DNA of 64,000 nt from a virus (taxonomy: Duplodnaviria; Caudoviricetes). Of the stretch, positions 1-9,805 are shown piece by piece (the first letter of the stretch is position 1; every line of letters starts with the position of its first letter). The stretch covers positions 1 through 64,000 of the IMG/VR virus record IMGVR_UViG_3300028832_000102; one strand, written 5' to 3'. Under the pieces are notes generated by a model. That model was given only the letters and a program-made list of their open reading frames with translations. It searched no databases and was not told the origin of the DNA. The translations under genes and the position numbers were made by a program.

Positions 1-60
1 AATCGACTTTGTCGCTTCGCTCGTCGAAGTAATCGACTTTGTCGCTTCGCTTGTCGAAGA
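1..60. repeat. Two tandem copies of a 30-bp unit (may continue beyond the window edge)
   Basis: aatcgactttgtcgcttcgctYgtcgaagW occurs twice with 2 mismatches. Confidence 0.85.
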
Positions 61-138
61 ACTTGTTCGCTTTCTTGCTTAGGCAAGCGTCTCCTATCGT
101 CGCCGAGCGGCTGGCAAAGAACCGTGAGCCATGAACCG

Positions 139-2439
139 TTACTCATTAGAGTATGCCACGTCGTCCTGCGGGGTGAGGGTGAACTGGCCGCTGAGCTGGT
201 TCGCGGTGGCCATGGCGTTCAGCGCCTGCACCGTTGCGGACTGGTGGGCGTGCATCTGGTCGGGGCTGACCCATCCGTCGAGGATGTTCATCTGAGTGAG
301 GCTCCTGAGCAGTTCGACCGCATTTCCGGGCATCACGCTGCTGGTCTGGGCGGCTGCGCTCTGGGGCGTGGCGGCGAACCGCTGCGTCTGGTCGTCCCAG
401 TTGGCGGTCTGCATGGTGACGCCGGTGTTGCCGACCTGGTAGGTGCCGGGGAAGTAGGTGGAGAGGGGGACGCTGCCTGAGGGTAGCTCGGCGAAGGTGT
501 CGCCCTCGGCGTCGGCGGGGAGGAGGTAGAGGTTTTGGTAGTGCTTGACGTTGGCTGGTGCCAAACCATACCAGACAAGTAAAGGATTGGCTGTGAGCCA
601 TGCTTTACATGCGGCTCGATTACTATTCTCGGAAGAATTGTCGAAACCGTAAGGGACAAGCCTCGATTTATTAACACACAAAGATAGATACGCTGTAATG
701 CCTATTGCTTCTGTATGCTTATTATATACATTGGCACCGATATTTGGCAATACGCTGCTCAATATAATACCATTTTTGCCTGAGTATTGATATGTATAGA
801 AAGAAATGGTTTTCTGCGAAGCCCATCCACCATTAGTCGTATCTCCACCAGACCATGTAATCGAACCGCCTATCGTAAGATTATCGATTCTTTTGTCTGC
901 TGAATCATTTGCGATGTTTATCAAATCACGGAAAGTCTGCGCTCCTCTTGCACCCTGCGGGAACATCCTCACAAAACTCCCCGTGCCGTCCTGCTGACCC
1001 ACAATCCTTGTAATCGGCAGCTCCAGCACACTCCTCGTGTACCCGCCGACCTCGTCGCTTGGCGTCGCGTCGTCCCACACCTGCCAGCAGGCGCAGTCCG
1101 CCAGGCTACCGCTCGACAGCGTCACCTGCATCACCACCGCGTCACCTTCCGGCACGCTCACCTCGTACACCGAGCCAGCCGTCACTTCGACCACCGCCAT
1201 GGGCTGACCGCCCAGAGCCGTAGCCGCCACACCGCTGATGACCGCACCGTTCCGTGCCACCACGCGATACAGGCTGTCGGCATTCTCCCACTCGTAGTAC
1301 GGGCAAAGGGCCACGCCAGAGGTCGGGTCGAGTAAGTTCACCCCCGGCATCGAGCGCAGCTGGAGCACCCGCACACCGATGAGCTCGCCGCCATTGTAGT
1401 CGTAGTCGTCGCGCAGACCCACCTTGCTGCCCAGCCAGCCATACATCGCGGCCAGCGTCGAAGGAGCCGAGGTGGGGATGAAGAAAACGAACGGGTTGCT
1501 CGATGTGCCGCTGCCGCTGCTATCAATCCCAAACGCCACCGCCATGTCGATGACGTTCCTCTTGGCCGATGCGCTGAAGTTCGTGCCGCCCACGAAGAAC
1601 GCCGACGAGTACGTGTAGCTGCCCTCCTCGCCGCTGCGCTGTACCGCCTCGGCATGGGTTGCCCTCACCTTATAATGAAGACCCGTATAGTTGCTCTGGT
1701 TCTCCTCCGTCACGGCAGGAACGAATCCTTCGCCCGTCACGGCCACCCTGCCCGTCAGGTCCGCCCCCGTCAGGAACTCCCTCAGGAACAGGCACCCCAT
1801 CGGCGTAGTACCAGCCGAGTTGGAGAATCTCTCCACCACCTTGCCGAACAGGAACTCCAGCTGTCCCTGCTCCGAAGCCACGCTCGAGCCCCCCGCCATC
1901 TTGTCGTACAACTGGCTCCAGCTCACGCCATCACCCTCGATGGTCTGCATCCTCGCGCTTCCGTTGCCAATCTCCGAGTCAGGGGCCGTCACCCCCAGCG
2001 TCGTCTGCTCCGTCACCACATCCTCCGACAGGATGTTCAGGGCGTTGCCAGCTGTGAAATCCACGTACAGCCCGTTGTTGCGAGCGAAGTTCTCGAATAT
2101 CTCCGCCAGCTGTGCATCAATCACCGTGGCAATCGCATCCACGTAGTCCTTGACGGAGAACTCCTCGACCTTGGTGCTATCCCAATCGGCACCCGAAGCC
2201 AGCGGAGCGGTGAACTTCCACAGGCGACGGTCGTGGAAACACTTGTCCCCTACGGCGTGCGCTGTGGTGGTTGTAAACTCAGGGAATCCCAGTGCGGGGT
2301 TCTCAATTAACTTTGTGAGCGAAGCCGACAGAGCCTGATTGCGTGCTGAGTCCTTCACCAGCGTGTCAAGCGTCTTAGGAGCGAACGGATTCTGTGTGCC
2401 ACGCTCCTGCAAATGTCCTTGTTTAGTTGTTACTGTCAT
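139..2439 (-). CDS. Putative virion tail/receptor-binding protein (766 aa)
   Basis: Long G/S/T-rich ORF in the tail cluster; KAWLTANPLLVWY resembles a motif common in siphophage tail/baseplate proteins. Confidence 0.6.
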   Translation of the reverse strand: MTVTTKQGHLQERGTQNPFAPKTLDTLVKDSARNQALSASLTKLIENPALGFPEFTTTTAHAVGDKCFHDRRLWKFTAPLASGADWDSTKVEEFSVKDYVDAIATVIDAQLAEIFENFARNNGLYVDFTAGNALNILSEDVVTEQTTLGVTAPDSEIGNGSARMQTIEGDGVSWSQLYDKMAGGSSVASEQGQLEFLFGKVVERFSNSAGTTPMGCLFLREFLTGADLTGRVAVTGEGFVPAVTEENQSNYTGLHYKVRATHAEAVQRSGEEGSYTYSSAFFVGGTNFSASAKRNVIDMAVAFGIDSSGSGTSSNPFVFFIPTSAPSTLAAMYGWLGSKVGLRDDYDYNGGELIGVRVLQLRSMPGVNLLDPTSGVALCPYYEWENADSLYRVVARNGAVISGVAATALGGQPMAVVEVTAGSVYEVSVPEGDAVVMQVTLSSGSLADCACWQVWDDATPSDEVGGYTRSVLELPITRIVGQQDGTGSFVRMFPQGARGAQTFRDLINIANDSADKRIDNLTIGGSITWSGGDTTNGGWASQKTISFYTYQYSGKNGIILSSVLPNIGANVYNKHTEAIGITAYLSLCVNKSRLVPYGFDNSSENSNRAACKAWLTANPLLVWYGLAPANVKHYQNLYLLPADAEGDTFAELPSGSVPLSTYFPGTYQVGNTGVTMQTANWDDQTQRFAATPQSAAAQTSSVMPGNAVELLRSLTQMNILDGWVSPDQMHAHQSATVQALNAMATANQLSGQFTLTPQDDVAYSNE

Positions 2440-2475
2440 AATTGTATAGTTTTAAATGTTCAATGTTCAATTCGC

Positions 2476-3573
2476 TTAGAACGGCCATGTGCCTGGGTCG
2501 CTCTCTACAAACTCCACGTCGTTGCCCAGGTCGGCCACGTTGGCCTTGGCTGCCAGCAGCGTGTCGGTCTGTGTCTTATTGTAATAATTAGAGGGGTCGA
2601 AGATAGATGTGATGGGCAGCGAGATGGGCTCCTTGCCAGCCGCCGTGTTGAAGGTGATAACCAGATTACCATCTACTACATCTACATTGTCCACCATGCC
2701 ATCCTTGATAAACAGCGTGGCATCAATCTCAGAGAGCACCGTGTTGTTGTGCTTCAGCTCGATTTTCTTGGTGGTTTCGTTATACGATCCGCCGTTTACC
2801 AGCGAGTTGTGGTTGTGCGTGGGATTATTGCCCAGGTCGTCGATAAACTGGCTCAGGGCCGTTGGCTTGTTCTGCAGCTGGGTGTAATCGGTAGTGCCAG
2901 GGTCGCCCTTTACATAGATACTGGTTTTAACGTACTGACCCTGCTCCTGGTCCCAGTGATACACGTAGTTATCCACACCCACATAGTCGGCCTTGGCATT
3001 GGTGGTGGCCGATTGCACATCGGTAATGCCCTGGTACAGCAGCTGCAGCAGTCGGGCATACTCATCTACCAGGTCGGTGTCGGCAGGGTCCTCAACCACA
3101 AACTCGGGTGTTGTCGCCCATGTCTCAGCCGTAATGCCGCTGTTGATAGCCGCCCACTGCGCCGCCGTGAAGCCCGAGTTGTTCAGGCTGTACTCATAGG
3201 CCCACGCCGAGCCGTTGAACTTGTAGCGGTCCACACGGGCGATGACCGTCGGCGTGGCGTCGGCAGCAGGAACCTGCACAAAGGCGTAGTCATTGGTGTC
3301 GGGCACGATCGAGAGCGCCGCCATCTTCGTGGCCAGTGCCGCCGCTATCTGCTGCTGCGTGGCAGCGGTGGTCAACGAGAGGTCGCTCACGAGGTTGTAC
3401 GTGCCACGGAACGTCGCCGTTGCCGTAGCGATACTGGAGTTCACAAAGGCTTTGTCTGCCAGCTGATTGCTGCTGGAAGCCTGGGCGGGAATAAGAGACT
3501 GAATCAGGGAGAGTTTTTCCAAGACCCAGTTCTTAACTCCAGTAAACATTTGGGTTGTTGTCATTAGTGGCAT
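2476..3573 (-). CDS. Putative tail fibre-associated structural protein (365 aa)
   Basis: Co-oriented tail cluster; YYNKTQTDTLLAAKAN-type fibre repeat and FIKDGMVDNV segment typical of phage fibre proteins. Confidence 0.6.
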   Translation of the reverse strand: MPLMTTTQMFTGVKNWVLEKLSLIQSLIPAQASSSNQLADKAFVNSSIATATATFRGTYNLVSDLSLTTAATQQQIAAALATKMAALSIVPDTNDYAFVQVPAADATPTVIARVDRYKFNGSAWAYEYSLNNSGFTAAQWAAINSGITAETWATTPEFVVEDPADTDLVDEYARLLQLLYQGITDVQSATTNAKADYVGVDNYVYHWDQEQGQYVKTSIYVKGDPGTTDYTQLQNKPTALSQFIDDLGNNPTHNHNSLVNGGSYNETTKKIELKHNNTVLSEIDATLFIKDGMVDNVDVVDGNLVITFNTAAGKEPISLPITSIFDPSNYYNKTQTDTLLAAKANVADLGNDVEFVESDPGTWPF

Positions 3574-3589
3574 AATCGTAAGTATTTAA

Positions 3590-4150
3590 TTAGTTAAAGA
3601 TTTCGTTGAATTGTGCCTCGGTGATAGAAAGCAGCGGCGTACCGGAGAGTGCCCGTTCGATGTTCTCGGCGGTGACATCGGCATCCGAGCCGTCTTTTCC
3701 GTCCTTACCATCCTTTCCGTCCTTGCCGTCCTTACCATCCTGACCAGCAGGACCAGCAGGACCTTGCACGAAGATAGCAGCATCGAGGATGACGCTCCCA
3801 TCTGGCAGGATGCCCACCTCGTTGGTGCAAGCCACGATCTGTATGTCGGAGCACTTGAACGTGCGTCGGCGCACCGCTGATGGCTCATGCACCGTGACCT
3901 CTACACCATAGACACCTACTCGCAGCGTGCCTGGGTCGGTGAAACTGACCACGTTGCCGTCGAGCGTATATTCGTACTCCTTACGTTGTCCCATCCAGTT
4001 GATGAGAGCTACATGGATTTCGCTGCCTTGTGGAGGAAAGTAGTCTTCCGTCACCCACTCACCGTTGACTGCTGTCTTTGTCTGTAGTGGCACGGACAAC
4101 GGAAGTGTGTTGCCTGCCACCCAAGGAATCAATTTCTTTGTTGTTGCCAT
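3590..4150 (-). CDS. Collagen-like repeat virion protein (186 aa)
   Basis: GPAGPAGQDGKDGKDGKDGKDGKDG Gly-X-Y repeats. Confidence 0.7.
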   Translation of the reverse strand: MATTKKLIPWVAGNTLPLSVPLQTKTAVNGEWVTEDYFPPQGSEIHVALINWMGQRKEYEYTLDGNVVSFTDPGTLRVGVYGVEVTVHEPSAVRRRTFKCSDIQIVACTNEVGILPDGSVILDAAIFVQGPAGPAGQDGKDGKDGKDGKDGKDGSDADVTAENIERALSGTPLLSITEAQFNEIFN

Positions 4151-4169
4151 ATTTTTTGTGTTGTTTTAA

Positions 4170-4490
4170 TTACTCACTGCTATCATCTGAACTGTCGTCG
4201 CTGGGATAGAAAATGGCATTGAACTCTTCTTCTGTCAACGCATCCATTTTCGTTGGGAATGCCTCTGCAGGGTCAATATTCGAGGCTACCACGGTAGCGA
4301 GGTTAGCCACGCTGATCTGCACATAGCCCACGGCAGCACCGCCCGAGCGATTGATGAACGGCATGGTAGTGTCGGCATCGGTAATGGTAGTGACGGTAGG
4401 CACTTCCTCCTGGTTCTCCACCGAGGCACCCATGGTCGTCAATACTTCGATGACGATATCAACTATCTCTTGTCTCTCTTGTTCTGTCAT
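4170..4490 (-). CDS. Hypothetical virion-cluster protein (106 aa)
   Basis: ORF in the operon; C-terminal LTEEEFNAIF resembles ITEAQFNEIF of the neighbouring gene. Confidence 0.65.
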   Translation of the reverse strand: MTEQERQEIVDIVIEVLTTMGASVENQEEVPTVTTITDADTTMPFINRSGGAAVGYVQISVANLATVVASNIDPAEAFPTKMDALTEEEFNAIFYPSDDSSDDSSE

Positions 4491-4510
4491 AATCGTATGG
4501 TGTTTTAAAG

Positions 4511-7500
4511 TTATGCTTGTGCGGTATAGATAGGCGTGAGGCAGAGCCAGAACCAGTTATCGTTGACGCCAGTATAGACGGAAACCATCTTCAGCCCAGT
4601 AGCCAGCGGGAACCACAGGCTTGCAGGCGTGCCGTCGGGCTGTATAGTACCGTTAGACTGAATAGTGTAGGTCTTGGCAAACTGAAGTGACGCACCGTTG
4701 TTGCCCACAATCTCCAACTTGTAGCGGCGATTGGAGGATATAGGCTCGTTGCTGTATATCTCAATCTGACGGCCACGCATCTTAGGATGACTTGCCTGCG
4801 GGATGATAAGACCATGGTCGCCAGAGAGTTCGTAGCCAGTAGAGCTGTATGACTTGATAAGTACATAGTCAGCCCAGCCCGTGGTGTTCAGTGTAACAAT
4901 ATCGCCCGGGCTATGGCCACCGCCCGTCCAATCGCTATATTCGTGGTCAGGAAGTGCGGTAGTCTCGTCGATAAACTCATAACTCCAGTCGTAGTCATTG
5001 GTAAAGGTAGCCTTGATATAGATATTATTGCTCAGACCTCCGGTGAAGGGATCGACATCAGCATTGCGACACTTACCGCCCAAATAGGCGAAAGCCATGC
5101 GGCGATACAGACCATCGGTGGCGTGAATCTTACCGGCAATGGCAAACTCGTCGGTGGTGTTGTTCATACCCAGCATGGGATTGCCCTGCGAGTCAATGAC
5201 AGAGAATTTGTTAGCTTGTATCTCTACCTCGCCTGTCTGGATGTTGATGCCCGTATTGGTAAGCCCGTTGGTGATACCAATGCGCACTTGGTCTGCCGTC
5301 TGCTCCACATACGAAGATATGTCCTCGTCAACGGTGGTGACATCGTACTCCGTGGGCTCCTGTCCAGCCTCCATCTGAACACGCTCGAAGAAAATGCCAT
5401 CAACAGCGAAGTAGTTGAGCGTGATGGTGGCGGCGGCACCGTTGGGGAAATGGTCGAGCATGAAGTCTATGACGTAGTAGTAGCGACCAAGCGTGGAATC
5501 GTATGACATGGCACTCACCAAGAAACTAATCCATGTTGTTGTCGAACCATCGGTGAACGTGATGCGCACGGTACAGTTGTCGGCTTGCTTGGCAGAGAAG
5601 ACATACTTCATGCCGTGCAACAGGTGCATAGAGGGGGGCGTAGCATCCGCACCGTCGCAGTCAACAACATGGTCATTCACTACCCCACTCCAGCCCTCGC
5701 CAGTGTCGCTGTGAAGAATCATGTTCTTGCCGAAGATGCGCTGAATGCGTGACATACTCTGCTCCGAGGAACGGATGAACAGACCCGTCTGCGTGTAGTT
5801 CATGCCAGTGCTGGCAGCAAAGGCAGTTTCCACGTCGCCTACCACCTCCAGCTTGAAGGCCTTCGTGGCCTCGCCAAGACCAATGTCCTTCCATCCCATA
5901 GAGGTACAGAGGTAGCGGTGATTGTCGGCATCGCTGATGTAGTAAGAGCCCAGCGCATCGGTGGCGGAAGACCACGAGCCATTGTTATAGACATAGTGCG
6001 TGACTTCGCTCGACGACCATGCTGTAAAGGTCTTCAACTTGATGTCGCCATTGGCAGGCGTGGCAGGGTCGTAGAAGCCGACCGCGTGACCTTGGTAGTG
6101 ACCATTATACAGTTCTTCGTCACCACTGGTGGTCTCGATGACAAAGCGAGGAGCATGGAACTCATTGCCGCTGGCGGGCGAAATCATGGTCTTGCGCTTG
6201 CCCTCGGTAGAGAACGTAGGCAGCGAACTGCCTGACGCTGGCAGACCAACACCGCGATACTCCTTGATGGCAGGAGCGTCGCTACCCACGGTCTCTATCT
6301 CGATGATATGGGAATAGTCTGCCACGGTAGCACCATAGCACACAATGCTGTCGCCTGGCAGAGGGGCATCGCTACCTGCGAGGAAGTGACCACTGGCGTT
6401 AGAGAGGTCAACATAGGAGTGTATCAGACCGTCGGTGATAGGCAATAACCCCTGACCCTTTGCCACACACTCACGCCAGTACAGGCGGTTGCCAGTAGCA
6501 CCCGTGTTAGCATCGGTGTGAGTGCCACCCTCCGTTTCGCTCACGTCCATGGTCTGACAGCGTGCGAGCATACCCACCTGCCAGGTGTTGATGGTCTTGG
6601 TAGTACCATCGTCAGCCTTAATCCAACAGCGGAACTTCACCACGTCGGCCATATCCACGCTGCCCACACGCTTAATTGTGCGATACTTCGAGTAGAACTT
6701 ACGGCTCAACATGGGGATAGTACGAACAAGCCAAGGCACCTTAATAGTATCATATCCCAGGAGGTCGCCGTTTGCATCGTAGTAGTCCACCTGCTCAATG
6801 ATGCTCGATGCAGGCGAATAGACATAATTGCCGCCAAGCGACACATATTTTCTCGCTTCGAGAATGTTGGCGATAAACCTCATGCGGACAAGCAAGTTGT
6901 CAACCTCCATCTTCGAGTGTCCGTTCTCGTCAGTGTCAGTAATACGCCACCCCGAGCCATTCATGTCGTCCTGCTGGAAGTTAGGACTTTGAAGAGCAGA
7001 CATGATGCCACGCACCGCACTGATCATGCCCGATAGCGTCACATTGTTGCCTCTGATATTGTTCAACTTTGCATTACCCTCGCCATCGATGCCAAAGAGT
7101 TCCTTCGCCTTCACCCACAGCCCCTTCGCGAAACCAATCACCTCTGCCGCCACATCCTCGTGGGTTTTGGAGAGATACTCGTCTGGTGGTGCCTGTCTAA
7201 GACCTATGACGGAGATGATGATATTACGGGATACCTCTTCACTGGTTACCACGACAGATATTCTACCCGGGTTAATCAGACTGTGCATCGACAAGTTGGT
7301 GGCAGCCGTAAAACGTCCTTCCACCCCGTCGATTTCTATATATCCGTTGCCAACGGCAGAAACAGTGCTTACTGCCTCCTTGTCAGCATTGTACACCACG
7401 TCACCTACCGACACGTATGGCGATGGCTTGTCGGTGTAGTAAGTAGCATCTTCATGTAGCCACCCCTGACCTACGGACACGAGCAGGTTCGAGCCGTTCA

Positions 7501-9688
7501 TCCATGCCGCACAGTGCGAAGCACTTTCTATCACGGCAGAGAACTGCACCTGCTCGTCACCCTTGAACATCCTTAGTGCAACCGTCTTGACCGACGTATC
7601 GATAGTCTGTCCATATACGTTACAGTCGAACGCCACTGACGGCGGGTTAGCAGATACCGTATATCCGCTCTTGCCGTCTTTAACAACGTTGATGGGGGCA
7701 TTCTCCTTCAACACCACAGAAGTGTCGCTGGTATGCTTCAGACGTAGGGTGATGCCGACCTTTGCCGTCACGACAACCTCTGGTGCTATGCCATAGCACG
7801 GAACAGACGATGAGTCCTCGTCTGGATCTGCAGGCATATCGAACGGACCGCAAAGATGCCAGTCACTCTCATCGTCGATGCGGTATTCCGCGTAATAGTA
7901 GTCGCCAACCACGGGGTAGTCATGCGACGGCAGTATGTTGCCCGAACGCGTGTCTCCTTCCGTGCGGAAAGCCGTAACAACAATGCCGTCCGACACCACC
8001 GTTCCGTCCTCGTCGGCGTTGAGCACGCTGACGCTTGACACAATATCATATACAACGGCGTCGCTTCCGTAGTGATTCCAGATATGCGGGGTCGTGAAGT
8101 CTCCCCAATGGCCGCCTTCTTCACCAGACGAGGAGTCTGAACTGTCATCGTCGCGCATGTAGTCTCGGTAAGAACTGTACTCATACAGGTAGGTATCGTC
8201 AACGCCCTGCTGTTCGTCCCACCATCCTTCAGGAACCCATCCGTCCTGGTCCTTGTCGTCAGTCACATGACCGGCAGCGCCGTTGGGATTCACCTCGCCA
8301 TACGCTATGAGTGCAGGCAACGGATGTTCGCTGCTGGCATCTCCGAAGGTGATAGGCGTACGACTGCGCAGGAATATCCACTCACGCACCTTGCTATCCT
8401 CGCCGTCGCGCACAAATGCAATAGTAGTACGCGCGAGCTCTATCGCCACTTCCTCCGCTCCCGAACCAGAACCGCGTGTAAGACGCACGTTAAGGCTCTG
8501 CTGGGCATAGAAGGCGTCTATGCCTATCCGTGCCACAGCGACACTTGTTGCAGGACCGCTGAACTGCAGCGGCGTCCACACATCACCACTCAGGGGCGCA
8601 TAGCCAGCCGACAGTCCTGCGGCTGCCAGTGCAGCGTTGGTAAGCTCGGTCACCTCACCGCGTTGGTCGGTAGCCCTCACCCTGACCGTGACGCCGTCTT
8701 CAGGCGTGTATGTCTTTGTCTGGGGGTTGTAGCTGACAATGGCAGACGACAGAGCAAGTTCGTACTTCTCCCAGGTCTCTGCCATGATATTGATACCGAC
8801 AGTCGCCAGCGGCACGAGTTCTTCTTCCGATGAAGAACTGTCCGACGAGCTGCTCGAAGAGTCCCCTTCCGTGTCCACTCCCCATGCTGTAATCTGGAAC
8901 ATTGTGTTGACAGTGGCATTGAAATCGTCTTCCGCACCGCGTATATGCGACAGCAGTATGTTGCCCGACGTGCGGAAGGCGGTAGCCCACGTGCCGGTGT
9001 TCCAGGCATGGTCTGCAGCCACGTCGCCCGTGTTACGTACTATCTCCCAATGGCGGAAGCGCTGAATGTCCGTTCCCGTCCATCCTTCTACAAGGGTGGC
9101 AATGAGGAACAGCGACTTACCCCAGTACACATACGGTGTTGGACCTGCATCCTCATCGTCAATGGTGCATCCCAGTTCTATACGCAGCGGCAGCACGGAC
9201 GGGCTTATCTCCCACTCTGTGTTGTACTGATTCGTGCAAAGTATGCCAGTGTCAAACGTTACGGTGCGCAACCCGTTCTGAGGCAGCGACACGTCGCCCA
9301 GTCTCACGTACCAGTTGCCGTCATCTGTTTGCATGCCATCAATGTCGGCGATGCCGTCAGGTGTGATATACGGGTATTTATCCTCCCACTCCGTGCCTGA
9401 CAGCGTCTTCGGAGCAAAGACAAGATAGCCGTCGCCGTCACCGTTCTTGGGCAGGCGGGCATAGATGGTGTATGGCTTGGCGGAATCTGCCAAACGGCGG
9501 TTCCTGCCGGTCAGGGTCCATTCCTGATACTCGCCGTCAACAAAGTCAACGCCGGCCTTCGGCGAATAAACCCTTATCTTCGTATTTCGCAAGATATATA
9601 CCGCCAGGTCATTAGCGGATTCATTGGCATTGGGAACAATGCTAATGGCTGATGGTGCTATGTAGTGAACAATGGATGTACGTGGCAT
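4511..9688 (-). CDS. Large tail/host-specificity protein (~1725 aa)
   Basis: Very long ORF; GSGWRI..SKMEVDNLLVR and SYVEQTADQVRIGI segments typical of Bacteroidota phage tail proteins; start moved from 9718 to 9688 because the 9718 ATG overlaps the putative promoter. Confidence 0.7.
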   Translation of the reverse strand: MPRTSIVHYIAPSAISIVPNANESANDLAVYILRNTKIRVYSPKAGVDFVDGEYQEWTLTGRNRRLADSAKPYTIYARLPKNGDGDGYLVFAPKTLSGTEWEDKYPYITPDGIADIDGMQTDDGNWYVRLGDVSLPQNGLRTVTFDTGILCTNQYNTEWEISPSVLPLRIELGCTIDDEDAGPTPYVYWGKSLFLIATLVEGWTGTDIQRFRHWEIVRNTGDVAADHAWNTGTWATAFRTSGNILLSHIRGAEDDFNATVNTMFQITAWGVDTEGDSSSSSSDSSSSEEELVPLATVGINIMAETWEKYELALSSAIVSYNPQTKTYTPEDGVTVRVRATDQRGEVTELTNAALAAAGLSAGYAPLSGDVWTPLQFSGPATSVAVARIGIDAFYAQQSLNVRLTRGSGSGAEEVAIELARTTIAFVRDGEDSKVREWIFLRSRTPITFGDASSEHPLPALIAYGEVNPNGAAGHVTDDKDQDGWVPEGWWDEQQGVDDTYLYEYSSYRDYMRDDDSSDSSSGEEGGHWGDFTTPHIWNHYGSDAVVYDIVSSVSVLNADEDGTVVSDGIVVTAFRTEGDTRSGNILPSHDYPVVGDYYYAEYRIDDESDWHLCGPFDMPADPDEDSSSVPCYGIAPEVVVTAKVGITLRLKHTSDTSVVLKENAPINVVKDGKSGYTVSANPPSVAFDCNVYGQTIDTSVKTVALRMFKGDEQVQFSAVIESASHCAAWMNGSNLLVSVGQGWLHEDATYYTDKPSPYVSVGDVVYNADKEAVSTVSAVGNGYIEIDGVEGRFTAATNLSMHSLINPGRISVVVTSEEVSRNIIISVIGLRQAPPDEYLSKTHEDVAAEVIGFAKGLWVKAKELFGIDGEGNAKLNNIRGNNVTLSGMISAVRGIMSALQSPNFQQDDMNGSGWRITDTDENGHSKMEVDNLLVRMRFIANILEARKYVSLGGNYVYSPASSIIEQVDYYDANGDLLGYDTIKVPWLVRTIPMLSRKFYSKYRTIKRVGSVDMADVVKFRCWIKADDGTTKTINTWQVGMLARCQTMDVSETEGGTHTDANTGATGNRLYWRECVAKGQGLLPITDGLIHSYVDLSNASGHFLAGSDAPLPGDSIVCYGATVADYSHIIEIETVGSDAPAIKEYRGVGLPASGSSLPTFSTEGKRKTMISPASGNEFHAPRFVIETTSGDEELYNGHYQGHAVGFYDPATPANGDIKLKTFTAWSSSEVTHYVYNNGSWSSATDALGSYYISDADNHRYLCTSMGWKDIGLGEATKAFKLEVVGDVETAFAASTGMNYTQTGLFIRSSEQSMSRIQRIFGKNMILHSDTGEGWSGVVNDHVVDCDGADATPPSMHLLHGMKYVFSAKQADNCTVRITFTDGSTTTWISFLVSAMSYDSTLGRYYYVIDFMLDHFPNGAAATITLNYFAVDGIFFERVQMEAGQEPTEYDVTTVDEDISSYVEQTADQVRIGITNGLTNTGINIQTGEVEIQANKFSVIDSQGNPMLGMNNTTDEFAIAGKIHATDGLYRRMAFAYLGGKCRNADVDPFTGGLSNNIYIKATFTNDYDWSYEFIDETTALPDHEYSDWTGGGHSPGDIVTLNTTGWADYVLIKSYSSTGYELSGDHGLIIPQASHPKMRGRQIEIYSNEPISSNRRYKLEIVGNNGASLQFAKTYTIQSNGTIQPDGTPASLWFPLATGLKMVSVYTGVNDNWFWLCLTPIYTAQA

Positions 9689-9715
9689 ACTTGATATTTT
9701 GTCGCTAATCTTAGG

Positions 9716-9790
9716 CATAAGATAATAACAGAGGCGAACATAGTCAAGGGCACTGCCCTTGACGCAAAAGTATCAAATACTTATTTTCGG
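9716..9790. promoter_or_regulatory. Back-to-back putative late promoters TGCCCTTGAC-N17-TTATYTT
   Basis: Inverted repeat gtcaagggca-c-tgcccttgac (9743-9763); each arm is followed after exactly 17 nt by TTATYTT and faces a divergent tail gene. Confidence 0.6.
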
Positions 9791-9805
9791 TAAAAAGTAA
9801 CGATT

